Assembly: GCA_002104905.1 (NCBI GenBank)
Contig: MCFE01000497.1
Location: 2,555 to 66,554, forward strand
Direction: 5' to 3'
From: Basidiobolus meristosporus CBS 931.73
Lineage: Eukaryota > Fungi > Basidiobolomycota
Length of the DNA: 64,000 nt
Shown: positions 12,246-25,667 of the stretch, piece after piece
Position numbering within the stretch: the stretch's first letter is position 1
Layout: each line of letters begins with the position of its first letter
Made by a program: the position numbers and the translations under genes
Notes under the pieces: model-generated
Databases searched by the model: none
Told to the model about the DNA's origin: nothing
The model's input: only the letters and a program-made list of their open reading frames with translations

Positions 12246-14699
12246 GGTTGTAAGAGTCTTGGAGATATTGGAAGTGATTTGGAGAACAAGTAGATTATGT
12301 GGTTTTCACTTAATGATTTATTGAATGTAAAAGTAGTATTTATACTTTTACCTGGTCTTGGCATTACAAACACATAGAATAGGCTAAGGAAGGTCCCAAG
12401 AACATGTGTGCAAAGTTTGGGGCTGTTTGGACAACTTTGAGAATTTTCATATTCTGGGTACCTGGCATTTTGGTGAAAATATTCTAAGTAAATCCCGACA
12501 AGGAATTTAGTCAGTATTCTCTAGGATTTGAAGGTGATGATCTAAGTGACTAAGTTAGGTGAATATTTAGGTGGAAATACAAATTTTTACAACACAAAGT
12601 AGCCCTTGCTTCTTAGCTGTTTGTAATGTTTGCCATTAAAAATATTGGATATGTTTGCGCTTGATTGATATCAAGTGCAGTACTGTATAGCTTTGCCATA
12701 TTTGTTGGACTGCATCAGCTTCCTCAGATGGGTTATGACTGGAATATATCTGGAGTGTGAACAATGTTTTCCCTGGATGGTGGTGGATTCCTAACAATTT
12801 GGACACATTGCAATGGTAGCATTTTTGGATGTGAATGCCATGCAACTGTTAACACATGCTGGAATCAGGACAGTCTCTGGATCACATGTTGCCAGCTGCA
12901 TGACAGTTGTCCACTTGTACCATGTACATGGTAGGTTGCATCCTGCTATGATTCTGGCAAGAAGTAGTAATAAATCCTCAAAGCCCCCATCACTAATATT
13001 AGTGGGAACACACCACTTCTCTAGCCACAACATTACATCATTCACCAGTAGATGGATTACTGGGCTCACCTGGCTCCATAAAGTATCCTTGGCATTTGTT
13101 TCAACAGATGTTGTCTCATTGCATATAAGGATTTGACTGGGCTCATACATGGTACTGTTGTTAGGGGAAATAGGCTAAAAATCCATCTGTGAACCTTCTT
13201 TGTCAAAGCTATCACTCTACATGCCATATTCAGAAGGCTGAGGTGAGCCTAAAGGCATCACAAACGCACCTGACTCAGTTTGTGCAAGGTGACAAAGACA
13301 GCCAGGTGCCAATATAGAATTATTAACTGGTTGGTAAGAAAATGATGGTACAGTAGTAACCAATGAATGGCCAAATATGACTTGTTTGGCACAACACTGG
13401 CCATGATCCTTGTAATACTTCCTATGCTCTCTGCATGCTTCATGGCTGAACAGCTTGCTACAATAGCCACATGGTCTTTTTTCACTTCTCTTATGGTGTT
13501 GAGTCAAAGTAGTCTTGTCCATGGGGTAAACAGCTTGACCTTCATCAACATAATGCTATTATATCACTTTTTGGTAAATACTCATGTGAATTTAAGCCAG
13601 TCTTGTATTTGAAACATTGCACCTACATGAATGTAAGATTCAATGGTGACCTGTCATAGTAAGCATTATAAATGAGGTTGTGGCACCACATAAACACATG
13701 TATGTAACACTATTTCCCCTTTGGTTTGACTCACTTCCATATATATGCCGCCAAAAAATAAGGAAAGTTGTTTGGTTCCCAACCAAACCCTGCTGCTGAC
13801 AGCAACAGAAGAATGGTGGACAACAGCTTGCTTTGACATTCAGTGCAACAAGCAGGGCTACATTCAAAATAAGCCCTGTGGATAGTGTGCTCATTGAAGG
13901 TAATAATGCAGACAGCTCAGACTCTCAGTCAAGTAGGCAATTGAGAACCTCTGCAGTGCCACAAGCTGTCCGTTATGCTCAGGCAGATGAGAATGTAGCA
14001 AACTCAGTACCCTCAGTTGAGGACCATCAAGTTGCTGTTATAACATCACCACCACCCATATTAGGAAGTATGTTGTCAGCTCATACCAAAGCACTAATGA
14101 AGCAATTAGGTGCAGTGGCAGGTAGGATAGATGCAATGGCCCAGAGAAATCAGGAAATAACCCAGAAACAGGATGAGCGGATAATACGTCTAGAGCAATC
14201 AATATCCCAGGTAGAGAAAGCAGTATCTTTGCTGCAAAGATGGAACTCAAGTAGCTCAATGTCACAGCCTAGAATTGAGCCATTTCCCAATAAAACAGTA
14301 GAGGAACATCATACAGTCATTGAAGCACAACAACAGTGCCCAAAGATAAAGCCCATAGAAAAACCTATCACAGCATTGGAGGGAGACAATGTGGTATCTA
14401 TACCTGTCAGGACACTGTCCAGAGACCATTTAAAAATAATTACAACTCAGATTTCACAAAATACTTAGTCAAAATTTTTCATCACAACAATGTATAAGTG
14501 GCTTTAGATTGGTTCCCTGCCAATTTGCTTGCTTTCTGATCCCGGGCACTCTATTGCCTCTTACGTTTGTGTGAATTGATTGGCTATTGCCTCTTTTTCA
14601 CACTCCTTACTTCCTGAGTCAACCATTTCACTTACTTTTCATGCTTACAAATTGATTTATTTCCGCTGAAACTTCAGTTGTACCTCAATTGCCAATTGT

Positions 14700-16733
14700 A
14701 TTGACCTATACAAGTCTCTTTACCCTACACTAACATTAAGCCCAACCCCACACTCAACAAGTAACTCCATTAAAAACCACCACTCAATAAGTATTTCTGC
14801 TGTAACGCTCTGGTTCCACAACCTTGGCAGGAACCCAATGGCTTTATGCCACTGTTCATTCACTGGTTCCCACATGCCCCAGTCTTCAGCTGGCACTGCA
14901 AGGTCTAGCTCCTCATCTGCCAGTCTTTGCAATAAATCCTTGCTATATTCCAGTGCATTTTCTTGAGCACTGCTCTTGAACAAGTGCTACAACCTCTTGG
15001 TGTGCCTATTAATGTTCAAAAACTCCACTGAAGGCATTGTGATAGTCTTTTGAGCTCTTGACATTGTAGCCTTGTCTGTCAGTGGGATCTACACTCTGTC
15101 AACAATGGAGGCTGCGGAGGTTGTGGAGGCTGTGGTAGACAAATTGCCTTTTTCAGCAAACTCATCTACCTTGCTGGAGTGTAGCTCAACTGGCTGTGCT
15201 TCCAACTCTTGTGAAAACAGCTGTTTTCTTGTTTGTAATTCTTCTTGGCTATGATGGGATTTGGTCTGTTCCTGGCTTGTGGCATTAATTGGCAAGAACT
15301 GCAGTTTTTTTGCATGCCTCCCTGTCTCAGGCTTGGGTAGACATTTTTCTCTTTACCTTTTCCTTTATCACTGCCAGGTCTTTCACTGCTACTTTGTCTG
15401 AGTGCTTCTTGTAAAGAACTGCGTTTTCTCCTGGATAAATTCTGCTCTGACACATCTGTTTTGGCCTGCTTGTCCCTTGCTGGCACTCTTCTGGCAACCT
15501 GACGTTTCTTTTCAGCTTGTTTTGAGCCCTTGACCGTAGTTGTGACAGGCTCCTGTAAAAGCAGCTGGTTTTTATCACCAGCAGGTCCTTCACTGCTACT
15601 TTGACTGGGTGCTTCTTGAGTGGTACTACGCTTTTTCCTTGATAAATGTTGTGCTTGTGCATCCATGTCTGCCTGCTTGTCCCTAATTGGCAATCTTCCA
15701 GCTGCCTGACATCTCTTTGATGCTTATCTAGAGCTTTTGGCCCTGCTTGTAATGGGCTCTTGAGGAAGCTGCTGGTTTTAGCTATGGCACCCTTGTTCTT
15801 CTGCCTTTGATAGTTTCTGCTATTTTCAAGAAACTTTCTTAGCATACCAATGCTGGCCCAAAATCTGTTTGCCCGTTTGAATCCAGGGTAATGCTCCTGG
15901 AACAAGTCAAGTGCATTCTGCTTAGCCTTGAGTTCCTGATGGTCCCATGGTATGCTGGCCTTAAGGTGATGGCATGCTAGACTTCTGATGGCCTCTTGTA
16001 TATTAACCCACTCTATATTATTGCACTCAATGGCTTCATGGATCTTCAATGTCTATTGACTTTTAGGCTTTGGCATAAACACCACATTGTCTCCCTGCCA
16101 TGCTGTGATAGATTTTTCTGTGAGCTTTATCTTTGGGTACTGTTGTTGTGCTTCAAAGACTGTACGGTGTTCCTCTGCTGTTACATCAGGAAATGGCTCA
16201 GTTCTTGACTGTGACATTGAGCTACTTGAGTTCCTTCTTTGCAGCAAAGATACTGCTTTCTCTACCTGGGATATTGATTGCTCTACACATATTATCCGCT
16301 CATCCTGTTTCTGGACTACTTCCTAATATCTCTGGGCCATTGCATCTATCCTATCAGCCACTGCACCTAATTGCTTCATTAATGCTTTGGTATGAGCTGA
16401 CAACATACATGCTAATATGGGTGGTGGTGATGTTATCATGGCCACTTGCTGATCTTCAACAGAGGGTACTGCGTTTGCTACATTCTCATCTGCCTGAGCA
16501 TAACGGTCAGCTTGTGGCTCTGCAGAGGTTCTCAATTGCCTACTTGACTGAGAGCCTGAGTAGTCCGCATTATTACCTTCAATGGGCACACTGTCCACCG
16601 GGCCTTTTTTGGATGTAGCCCCACTTGTTGCACTGAGTGTCAAAGCAAGCTGTTGTCCAACCATTCTTCTGTTGCCATCAGTGGTGGGGTTGGGTTGAGA
16701 ACCAGATGACTTTGCTTTATTTTTTGGCGGCAT
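14700..16733 (-). pseudogene. CACTA accessory (TnpA-position) ORF, divergent from the transposase
   Basis: Low-complexity S/Q-rich and coiled-coil-like pieces plus a conserved block (YPGFKRANRFWASIGMLRKFLENSRNYQR) found in several copies, always divergent from the transposase; function inferred from position only. Confidence 0.6.
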
Positions 16734-16955
16734 ATATATGGAAGTGAGTCAAACCAAAGGGGAAATAGTGTTACATATACATGTGTATGTGGTGCCACAG
16801 CTTTATTTATAATGCTTACTATGGCAGGTCATCATTAAATCTAACATTCATGCAGGTGCAATGTCTCAAATACAAGACTGGCTTAAATTCACATGAGTAT
16901 TTACCAAAAAGTGATATAATAGCATTATGTTGTTGAAGGTCAAACTGTTTGCCCC

Positions 16956-19188
16956 ATGGACAAGACTACTTTGACTCAATGCTATAAGAGAAGAGAAAAA
17001 GACCATATGGCTATTGTGGCAAGCCTCTCAGCCACAAAGCATGCAGACAGTATAGGAAGTATTCCAAGAATCATGGCCAGTGTTTTGCCACCCAAGTCAT
17101 ATTTGACCATTCATTGGTCACTACTGTACCAATATTATCTTGCCAGCCAGTTGATACTTCTATATCAGCACCTGGCCATCTTTTTCACCTTGCGCAAACT
17201 GAGTCAGGTGAGTTTTTGATGCCTTTAGGCTCACCTCAGCCTTCTGAATATGGCATGTAGAGTGATAGCTTTGACAAAGAAGGTTCACAGATGGATTTTT
17301 AGCCTCTTTCCCCTAACAACAGTACCACATCTGAGCCTGGTCAAATCCCTATATGCAATGAGACAACACCTGTTGAAACAAATGCCAAGGATACTTTATG
17401 GGGCCAAGTGAGCCCAGTAATCCATCTACTGGTGAATGATGTGATGTTGTGGCTAGAGAAGTGGCGCATTTCCACTAATATCAGTAATGGGGGCTTTGAG
17501 GATTTATTACTACTTCCTGCCAAAATCATACCAGGATGCAACTTACCAGGTACATGGTACAAGTGAACAACCGTCATGCGGCTGGCAGCATATGATCCAG
17601 ACACTGTCCTGATTCCAGCATGTGTTAACAGTTGCAAGGCATTCACATCCAAAAATGCTACCATTGCAATGTGTCCAAATTGTCAGGAATCCACCACCAT
17701 TGAGGGAAAACATTGTTCAAACTCCGGATATATTCCAGTCATACCCCATCTGAGGAAGCTGATGCAGTCCAACAAATATTGCAAAGCTATACAGTACTGC
17801 ACTCAGTATCAATCAAGCGCAAACATATCTGATATATTTGATGGCAAACATTACAAGCAGCTAAGAAGCAAGGGCTACTTTGAAGGTATGTATGACCATG
17901 CCTTTACTTTAGCACTTAATGGACTCTCATTAAACAAGAACTCTACCAGCAAATCCTGCTGGCCACTGATTCTCATCAATCTGAATCTGCTGCCCATCTT
18001 ACAGTATCAGAGCAATATCTGATGGTAGTCTCACTGGTATCTGGGCATAAATCACCATCCAACCTGGATAGCTACCTGTATCCATTGCTGAATGAATTTT
18101 GTATGCTTTCCAGTGGGATAACAGTTTATGGCCATCATGTAAAAGCGCATATTATTATCTGCATTGGAGATACCCCAGCCATCAGCAAGATAGCAGGTTT
18201 TTCCAGGCACAATGGATGGTATTGTTGTTGAATGTGTGAGATCCAGGGGATTTACTCCATAACTCACACACATTATTATTACCCAAACACCAGCACTTAG
18301 AACATCATCTTTCCACAGAGAGAACATACAGAAGTCAGCATGCAATTGCAGCAAAGTTGGGAAGCTATAAGTCATTGGCCAGAATATGGAATCAATTGGA
18401 AACCAGAGATACTAAAGATAGAGGGTATCTGTTGGAGCAAAAGCATTCCACTGGGAGCAATGCATTTGCTTTTTAACAATATCCCTATACTGATGACCAA
18501 GTTGTACATGGGGCATTTCAAGCTAAATGAGCACTTCAAGATACCGGAGAAATTTGAAAATATTGGCAAGATACTACAGTTTATCTGCTACCCTAAGTAC
18601 TTCTCACAGGCTCCAGTTTATAGTCATATGCATATGCAACAATACAAATGCAAAGACTGGATGAACTGGATATGTATTTGTTCAAGTGGTGTTCTGAAGC
18701 CATTCCTCCCAATAGTACATTGGAAGCATTGGGAGTCATATGTGGACATTGTAGGAATATTCATCCAGAAGCAGATCACCAATGCCAACTTGACACATCT
18801 ACAGCTGTTGTATGAGGAGTTTGTGACAAGATTTGAGTGGCTATACTACAAACATAAAGTTGAACGTGTAGATCTCTGCCGCTACTGTATCCACTCTCTA
18901 CTGCATCTTGCACGGTGTGTGGAGAATATTGGGCCTTGCTTCACCTTTTGGGAGTTTCCTATGGAGCGGATGTGTGGGGAGATAGGAAGACAAGTCAAGT
19001 TGGAGGTACTACCACATCCCAATCTCATCAAGAATATTACCTTCAAGTCTGTCATGGATGTGATGAGTTGGCACATGGAGGACAGCCAGAAAGAGTTGGA
19101 AACTACTGAGGACAAATGTGCACATGGAGACACCTATGCCAATGGCATTAAGAAGCTAAGCAGCCCCAATGTGTGGGTAATCAGCTAA
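16956..19188 (+). pseudogene. CACTA-family (Transposase_21/Tnp2-like) transposase
   Basis: Pieces 16956-17219, 17576-18022, 18022-18231, 18340-19188 with LALNG, GDTPAISKIAG, PLGAMHLLFNN, FWEFPMERMCG. The N-terminal CxxC...H cluster (RPCGYCSK...H) is clearest in the copies at 13217-13522 and 38715-38999. Confidence 0.88.
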
Positions 19189-20269
19189 GTAATGCAAAGT
19201 TGGGTTGGGTGCAACAAGCAACTAATTTTTATCAGGAAAACTCCACCAAGATATGCCGGATTTCACGTGGTTACAAGCCAACTTCTACACCATTCAATAC
19301 AGAATTCACACAAACAAAAGCCAGAGTGCACCTATAAGGGGTACTAGAATCCAGCAGGGAGAAGGAATACATTGGCTAAATACCAAGAAGTTCTTTGCCA
19401 ATATTCAGGAGGTATTCATGGCAGAAGTGGCAACAACCAAGCATATGTTTGCAAGATGTATATGCTACCAGCAGTACATGGTATATGGCAACTTTGCAAG
19501 TATCAAACTAAAAAGCCATAAAGTTGAGGTGATGGAAGTATGTCAATTGCGGCAGGTGTGCATGTTTGTAGAGGTTAGTAAGCAGGAGGCCATAGTTTTT
19601 TTTGATTCAAACTATATGTGGAATACCCAAGGTAGTAGTGGGTAAGCAAATAAAGAAAGGTGATTCTACAGTGGAATATATGAATTGCACAAGGGGAGGT
19701 AGAAAAGGGATATACCATTTGGTAATTTGGTATGGTAGCATTATACAAAACCAGCAGCAGGCCATCATACTGCCAAAGAAAGGCCATCAGAGTCTTGCTG
19801 TGAGGCCATCAAAACACTGTCAAGTTTCTAGCCATATAAGGCAATTGAAGTCCTGGCCAACTGGATCCACTTAAAATAGTAATAGAGTGCTGAAAGACCG
19901 CAACAATAACATGCAAATATTGTCACAGCACCAATCAAAAATTGTCAAGTTTTATCCCTTTATTTGGCTGTAAGATTTGCAAAACACCGTCATGATCTCA
20001 TTATAAGATTGTCAGGAGGGTCACTAATTCCAAGCTGCTGTTATTATGACAGGCTCTGAATGGGATCTTGACGGATGATCCAGATTGGATCCACCCGTGG
20101 GACCAAGTTATTTTTCATAGTGTATGGTCTTGGCAGTGCAAACATCTAGAGTATGCTCAGAAAGGCCCCTTGCACAAATTTTTAAAGCATTGGGCTGCAT
20201 GGGCAACTTTCAGATATCTCAGGCTTTGGGTTCCTGATAACCTTGTGAAAGAATTCTGAGCAAATTCCA

Positions 20270-20915
20270 ACAAGGAGCATTTTTTGCTGTTTTTGCTCTT
20301 GCACAGTGAATTAGCAGTTTGTCCTGAACATTAAGGCATATGCAGCTAAAGGCACTTTGTTCTTTCTTCTTGTATTTTAAGGCTTCCTCATCCATGCTTT
20401 TGAGAGGGCATGCTTCTGCCATAACAATATCCCAAATGCCTCTTTCCTGTAGCAGCATCTTCATCTTCACCTTTGACACTTTAAAGATGGATCCATCCAA
20501 CTTTTCAGCAGTTGGAAAAGTTCTGGTAATAGCAGTAGTAAGTATTGAAGACAGTGACAGCTGGAAGCTCACAACCTGTTGTAAGAGTCTTGGAGATATT
20601 GGAAGTGATTGGGAGAAGAAGTAGATTAAGTGGTTTTCACTTGATGATTTATACAATTTAATAGTAGCATTAATACTTTAACATGGTCTTGGCATTGCAA
20701 ACACATACAATAGCCTCAGGATGCTCCCAAGAGCATGAGTGCAAAATTTGGGGCCCACTGGACAACTTATCAAATTTTCGTGTTCTGAGAACCTATTGTT
20801 TTGGTTAAAATTTGCTAAATAAATCCCAACATGAAATTTGATCAGTATTCTGTAAGGTTTGTAGGTGATGATCTAAGCTACTATGTTAGGTGAATATTTA
20901 GATGTAGCTGCAACA
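20270..20915 (-). mobile_element. Copia 5' LTR (~20577-20915) with gag fragment
   Basis: ORF 20219-20656 matches copia gag (EKLDGSIFKV..KMKMLLQERG); variant PBS GGTTGTGAGC. Confidence 0.8.
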
Positions 20916-20929
20916 GCTACTGCACTTCC

Positions 20930-22030
20930 ATGCAACCAAATGCTCATATTAAGTCACCCTAATTGTGGTCTGAGATATTCAGGTTTGCCTCCAGCTAGTG
21001 GTTTTTAAATAGGTCTGTAATCATTCTTCAGTTGGACAGTAGGATAAGCTGACCAAGTTATTGTTCATAGCTTTACAAATGAAATAATTTCTAGTAACTA
21101 TATTCTTAGTTCAATTATGAGAAGTTGGATTACTATCTATCTGTTTACATCCTGGATTATCCTGATATAGTGTAGTAGGAGCTTTTTGACAATGATGCAT
21201 GTCTTTGAAAAGCTTTCTTAGCTTTATTGCTTCTTTTGTAGCCTCACAAGCTGCCATGTACTCTGTCTCTGTGGTTAAAAAGTGCTATAGCTGGTTGCTT
21301 TCTTGAGTTCCATGATATACACCTTTACAGTAAGCAATGGTGCATCCTGAAGTGGATCTTCTGTCAGCTAAATCTTGTCTGCAATTAGCATCAGAATATC
21401 CCACTAGATCCTATACCAAATACTTATAGGTGTACCTTTGTTACAAGTCTTGGTATAAGAGTTGCAGAGGAATAGGAAGTTTAGCTAGAATTGTACTCAC
21501 TAAAACTTGTACTGATCTTTATTGAGATTCCAGCAGCTCCTTATATACATTTTGCCAGATCAATTGCTGACTAATTGTATTTCCTAATCTAGGCTGTGGC
21601 TGATGACTCATTTGATTGCATCATCATTACCCAATAAGATCCTACTTAGTATATCTATTTCTGTCTGATAAGGATCTGCCAATTCATTTCCTGAATAATG
21701 CTACTGATTTGATAGATAATACTGATATACTGATAAGCTAAACATATAACTAATTGATTTGAATAAAAACTGATCTAACTTAAACATTCAAGCAGCAGAT
21801 CATAATGCCTTAAGCAGATATTAGCAGTTCCTTTTGAGTGTCCAAAAATCTGTTCAACCACTGCAATATGTTCAGATCCATAGCTGTGATTATACTGGCT
21901 GAAAATTCCCATTGAATACAAGATATGAGAACATGTTCCTTACATGATATACATCAGACTGCCAATTATGAATTGGTAAAGAAAGTCTGGGCTTCCAGAT
22001 GGCACCAAGAGCTCTTGACTTCATCAAGTT
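20930..22030 (-). pseudogene. Copia RT/RNase H fragment
   Basis: Nucleotide similarity to 8400-9000; interrupted by a gypsy solo LTR; boundaries approximate. Confidence 0.75.
21439..21807 (-). mobile_element. Gypsy solo LTR
   Basis: Matches LTR 49799-50166; 4-bp TSD CCTT (21435-21438 / 21808-21811), checked against the uninterrupted copia sequence near 8770. Confidence 0.9.
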
Positions 22031-22039
22031 TTGACCTAG

Positions 22040-22385
22040 TCAAGGCATGTCCCCTTCAGGATGTTGCACTATTCTGAGGAGTGTTGGAAGTGATGCTTAG
22101 AACCAGATGATTTGCATGCTACTCTCTTGTATATTTATTGCTCAAAAGTATATTGATATACTTTTGACAAAGTAAGAAAACAAACATGCAGGGTTTGCTA
22201 AGGAAGGCTCCATAAATATGTGTGTAAAGTCTGGGGTCTCTTGGACAACTTTGACAAAGGTCATAATCTGAGCACCAGATAATTTGGTGATTATATTCCA
22301 AGTAAATATCAACATGAAATCTGGTCAGGACAGAATGATAATCACACAATTGGATATATGGGACTAAGCTAGCATGAATTTCTTG
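22040..22385 (-). mobile_element. Degenerate copia-type LTR (same subfamily as 687-1035)
   Basis: tgttgca(c)tattctgaggag..ttggaagtgatg start and internal blocks shared with 687-1035; boundaries approximate. Confidence 0.65.
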
Positions 22386-25300
22386 CGGACTTCTTCATAA
22401 TTAAAGCACATCCACTCAACAAAATATTTGTAAGTAATAAATACATATCAAGAATTTGCAATCTGTAATAAGCATATCATGCTTAACTGTGTTGCTTACT
22501 GAACTTATATTTTATCCAACAATATATGCATTTGTGTTCAAAAACCTTAACAAGTAGCTTGTAATTCAATGTGCATATCTACTTAGTAGTATGCCTAAAA
22601 ATCAGAATGATTCAATTGTAATACTAATCAGCATCTTTGATCACTTGCACAGGCTTAACTAATATGCTGAGTCAAACTGTCATTTATGGCTGAGCTGGAG
22701 TTTCCTTATTTCTAGACAATAGTCTAATTCACTTAAACAATGGCACTGTATGTCCATACTAGGGTCAGGGACAGTTACTTCCATTATAAACACACTATAG
22801 AAGGTAAAAAGCACAAACCTCACATGGGCCAAGCTCAGGTTTAGCTATTTACACCTGATCTGTAGTTTCCCCATTTCCTGGCACTATGCAACATATATCA
22901 TGACAAAAAGAGGTTTTTGCTCAACACTGAGTCAGGATGATCTACTTCCACATGTACCATATCCATTAAGCAATTCAGATACACAAAAATGATCTAAAAT
23001 AGTCAGCTTTCTCTTCCTTAAGTAGCAATGGCTTTCTTTGACTGATTACTTATTTTTTATTAGACTCAAAGTCCATATGCTTCTTGATTTACCCAGTTTG
23101 GTATCAGACTATTCCATAGGTTGTTTGGTAGCTACTCTTAGAGTGCTTCTGCAGACTTGGACTGATACAGCTGCTTTTGTCTTATCAGAATATAATTGCA
23201 GAACAGATATTGGCCCTTTTCTAGAAGTGATATTCACCTTAAAAGACCCTGTGAAATATAATTAGGTCCCACAGGTGGATCCAATCTGGGTCAGCCATCA
23301 TGATCTTGCATTGAGTCCATTGCAATGCCAGCAGTTGGGATTACTGACCCTCCACCCAATTGCATGCCGGGATTGTAGTGGCATTTTACTGTTTTTACTG
23401 CCAAATAAAGTTAAAAGCTTGATGGTGTTTGAGAGGTTTTTTGACAACAATTGCATGGCATTCTAATGGTCTCAATATGCCCTACATTTATTTGAGTGGA
23501 CCTAACCAGCCAATTTATTCAATTGCCTTGTATTGCAAGAAACTCTATGGTGTTCTGATGGCCTCATTGCAAATGGCTACAGACATTATAATGGCAGTAC
23601 AGCAACCTACAGCTTGTTCTGTATAATGCTACCATGCCAATTTACCAATGAGTATTTTCTTTTCTACCTCCCCTTGAGCCATTCATATTACCACTTTATA
23701 ATTACCACTCTTTATACATTGACCCCTAACTATGTTGGGTTTTTGAAATATAATTTGAATAAAAAAATATGGCTTCTGGCTAACTAACCTCTGCAGATGT
23801 GCACACCCACAGCAATTAATGCACTTTGATTACCTCAACTTTACGGCTTTCTAGTGTGATACTTGCAAAGTTGCCATATTCCCTGTATTGCTGGTATCAT
23901 ATAGATCTTGCAAACATGTACTTGGTTACTGCTACTTTTGCAATGCATACCTCCTGAATATTCACAAACAGCTTCTTGGCATTTAGCCATTATATTCCTT
24001 CTTCCTGCTGGATTGTAGTCTTCATTGTAGGTGCACTCTGGCTCTGGTTTGTGTGAGGTTAGTATTGACTGGTATAGTAGCTAGCTTGAGACCAAGAGAA
24101 ACTTGTCATACTTTGACAAAGCTTTCCTAATAAAAGTTAGTTGCTTGTTAGACACAACAAGCATTGCATCACTTGACTGATTACCCACACTTTGGGGCTG
24201 CTTGGAATTTTAGTGCCAAAGGCAAAGGTATCTCCATGTGTGCATCTGTCCTCAGTATTTTCCAATGCATCATGGCTGTCCTCCATGTGCCAACTCATCA
24301 CATCCATGATGGACTGGAAGGTAATATTCTTGACAAGATTGGAATATGGCAGTACCTGCAACTTGACTTGTCTTTGTATATCCCACATATCTGATCCATA
24401 GAAAACTCCCAAAAGGTGAAGCAAGTCCAACATTTTCCACACACCAAGCAGTATGGAGTAGAGAATGGGTACAGTAATGGTAGAGATCTACACATTTATC
24501 TTTAGTCTTGTAGTATTAACTCTCAGGTCCCAATATAAATTCTTTAAATAAAAGTTGTAGATGTGTCAAGATGGCATTTACAAATAAAGATGTGGCACTA
24601 CATACACATGTATATTTAATGCTATTTCCCCATAGATTTGACTCACTTCTATACCTATGCTGCTAAAAAATAAAGCAAAGTTGTCCAGTTCCCAACCAAT
24701 CCCCACTGTCAATGGCAACAGTAGAACTATTGGACTACAGCTTACTTTGGTATTTGCTGAACAAGCAGGGCTACCTCCAAAAAAGTTATGCTGTAAGTGA
24801 GCTCAATGACGGAAATAATGGGAACCCCTCAGGCTCCCAATTAAGTGGGCAAGTGAGAATATCTGCAGAGCCATAAGCTGACTATAATGCTCAGGCATAT
24901 GACAGTGTAGTAAGTGTATTACCTTTGGTTGAAGACCATCAAGTAGCCATCATAACATCACCACCACCCATATTAGTGAGTATGCTGTCAGCTCATACTA
25001 AAGCATTAATGAGGTAATTAGGAGCAGTAACTGGTAGAATAGATGCAATAGCCCAGAGATATCAGGGAATAGTCTAGAAACATGATGCGGAAATATGATG
25101 TATTGAGCAATCAATACTCCAGGTGGAGCACAGCATCCTTGCTGCAAAGATGGAACTCAAGTAGCTAAATGTCACAGCCATAAATGGAACCATTTCCTAA
25201 TGTAACAGCAGAGAAACACTGTACAGTCTTTGGCACACACAACAGTACTAAAAGATAAAGCCCTCAGAAAAACCTATCACAGCATGAGGGGTGAGAGGCT

Positions 25301-25667
25301 GTGGTGTCTGTACCCAAGCCTAAAAATTAAAAGACACTGACAAGCTGTGAAGGCATTGATTGTAATGATGAATAGTAGGATGTTATTCATGAGGCTGTTA
25401 GAAGTCTAGCTTATCATTGCCTTAAGACTGGCATGCCATGGGACCATCAGGGGCTCAATGCCAAGTAGAATTCATTTGAACTATTCCATGAGCATTATCC
25501 TGGATTTAAGCAAGCAAACAGATTTTGAGCCACCATTGGCATGCTAGGAACACATCTCAAGAGTAGTGGAAGCTATCAAAGTCAGAAGAGCAAGCATGCC
25601 ATGGCTAAAAAGCAGCAGCCTCCTCAAGAGCTTGTCACAGGCAGGGCTGAAAGCTGCAACCAAGCAG

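Larger units (their letters stand above)
7911..12594 (-). mobile_element. Near-intact young Ty1/copia LTR retrotransposon (4684 bp)
   Basis: LTRs 7911-8259 and 12246-12594 differ at 2 of 349 positions by my comparison. TSD CAAGG/CAAAG; the empty site CAAAG is seen in another CACTA copy near 17880. PBS and PPT present. Confidence 0.97.
5662..14397 (-). mobile_element. CMC/CACTA (EnSpm-like) DNA transposon, copy 1, interrupted by copia and truncated in its accessory ORF
   Basis: Terminus-like sequence at ~5662. Minus-strand transposase pieces (13217-13522, 12791-13150, 7064-7910, 6440-7045) with LALDG, GDTP(T/A)ISKIAG and FWEFPME motifs. Divergent accessory ORF piece 13833-14397. Confidence 0.85.
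14398..20122 (+). mobile_element. CMC/CACTA DNA transposon, copy 2 (most complete, degenerate)
   Basis: Ends in ...TTATTTTTCATAGTG at 20122 (reverse complement CACTATGAAAAATAA). Plus-strand transposase and minus-strand accessory ORF; lacks about the last 100 bp of the other end. Confidence 0.88.

Noticed and set aside
17208-17322. Intron in the CACTA transposase (CAG|GTGAGT ... CTAACAACAG)
   Set aside because: Splicing at these sites shifts the frame into a stop, and another copy reads through the region in frame without splicing; left unresolved rather than called.
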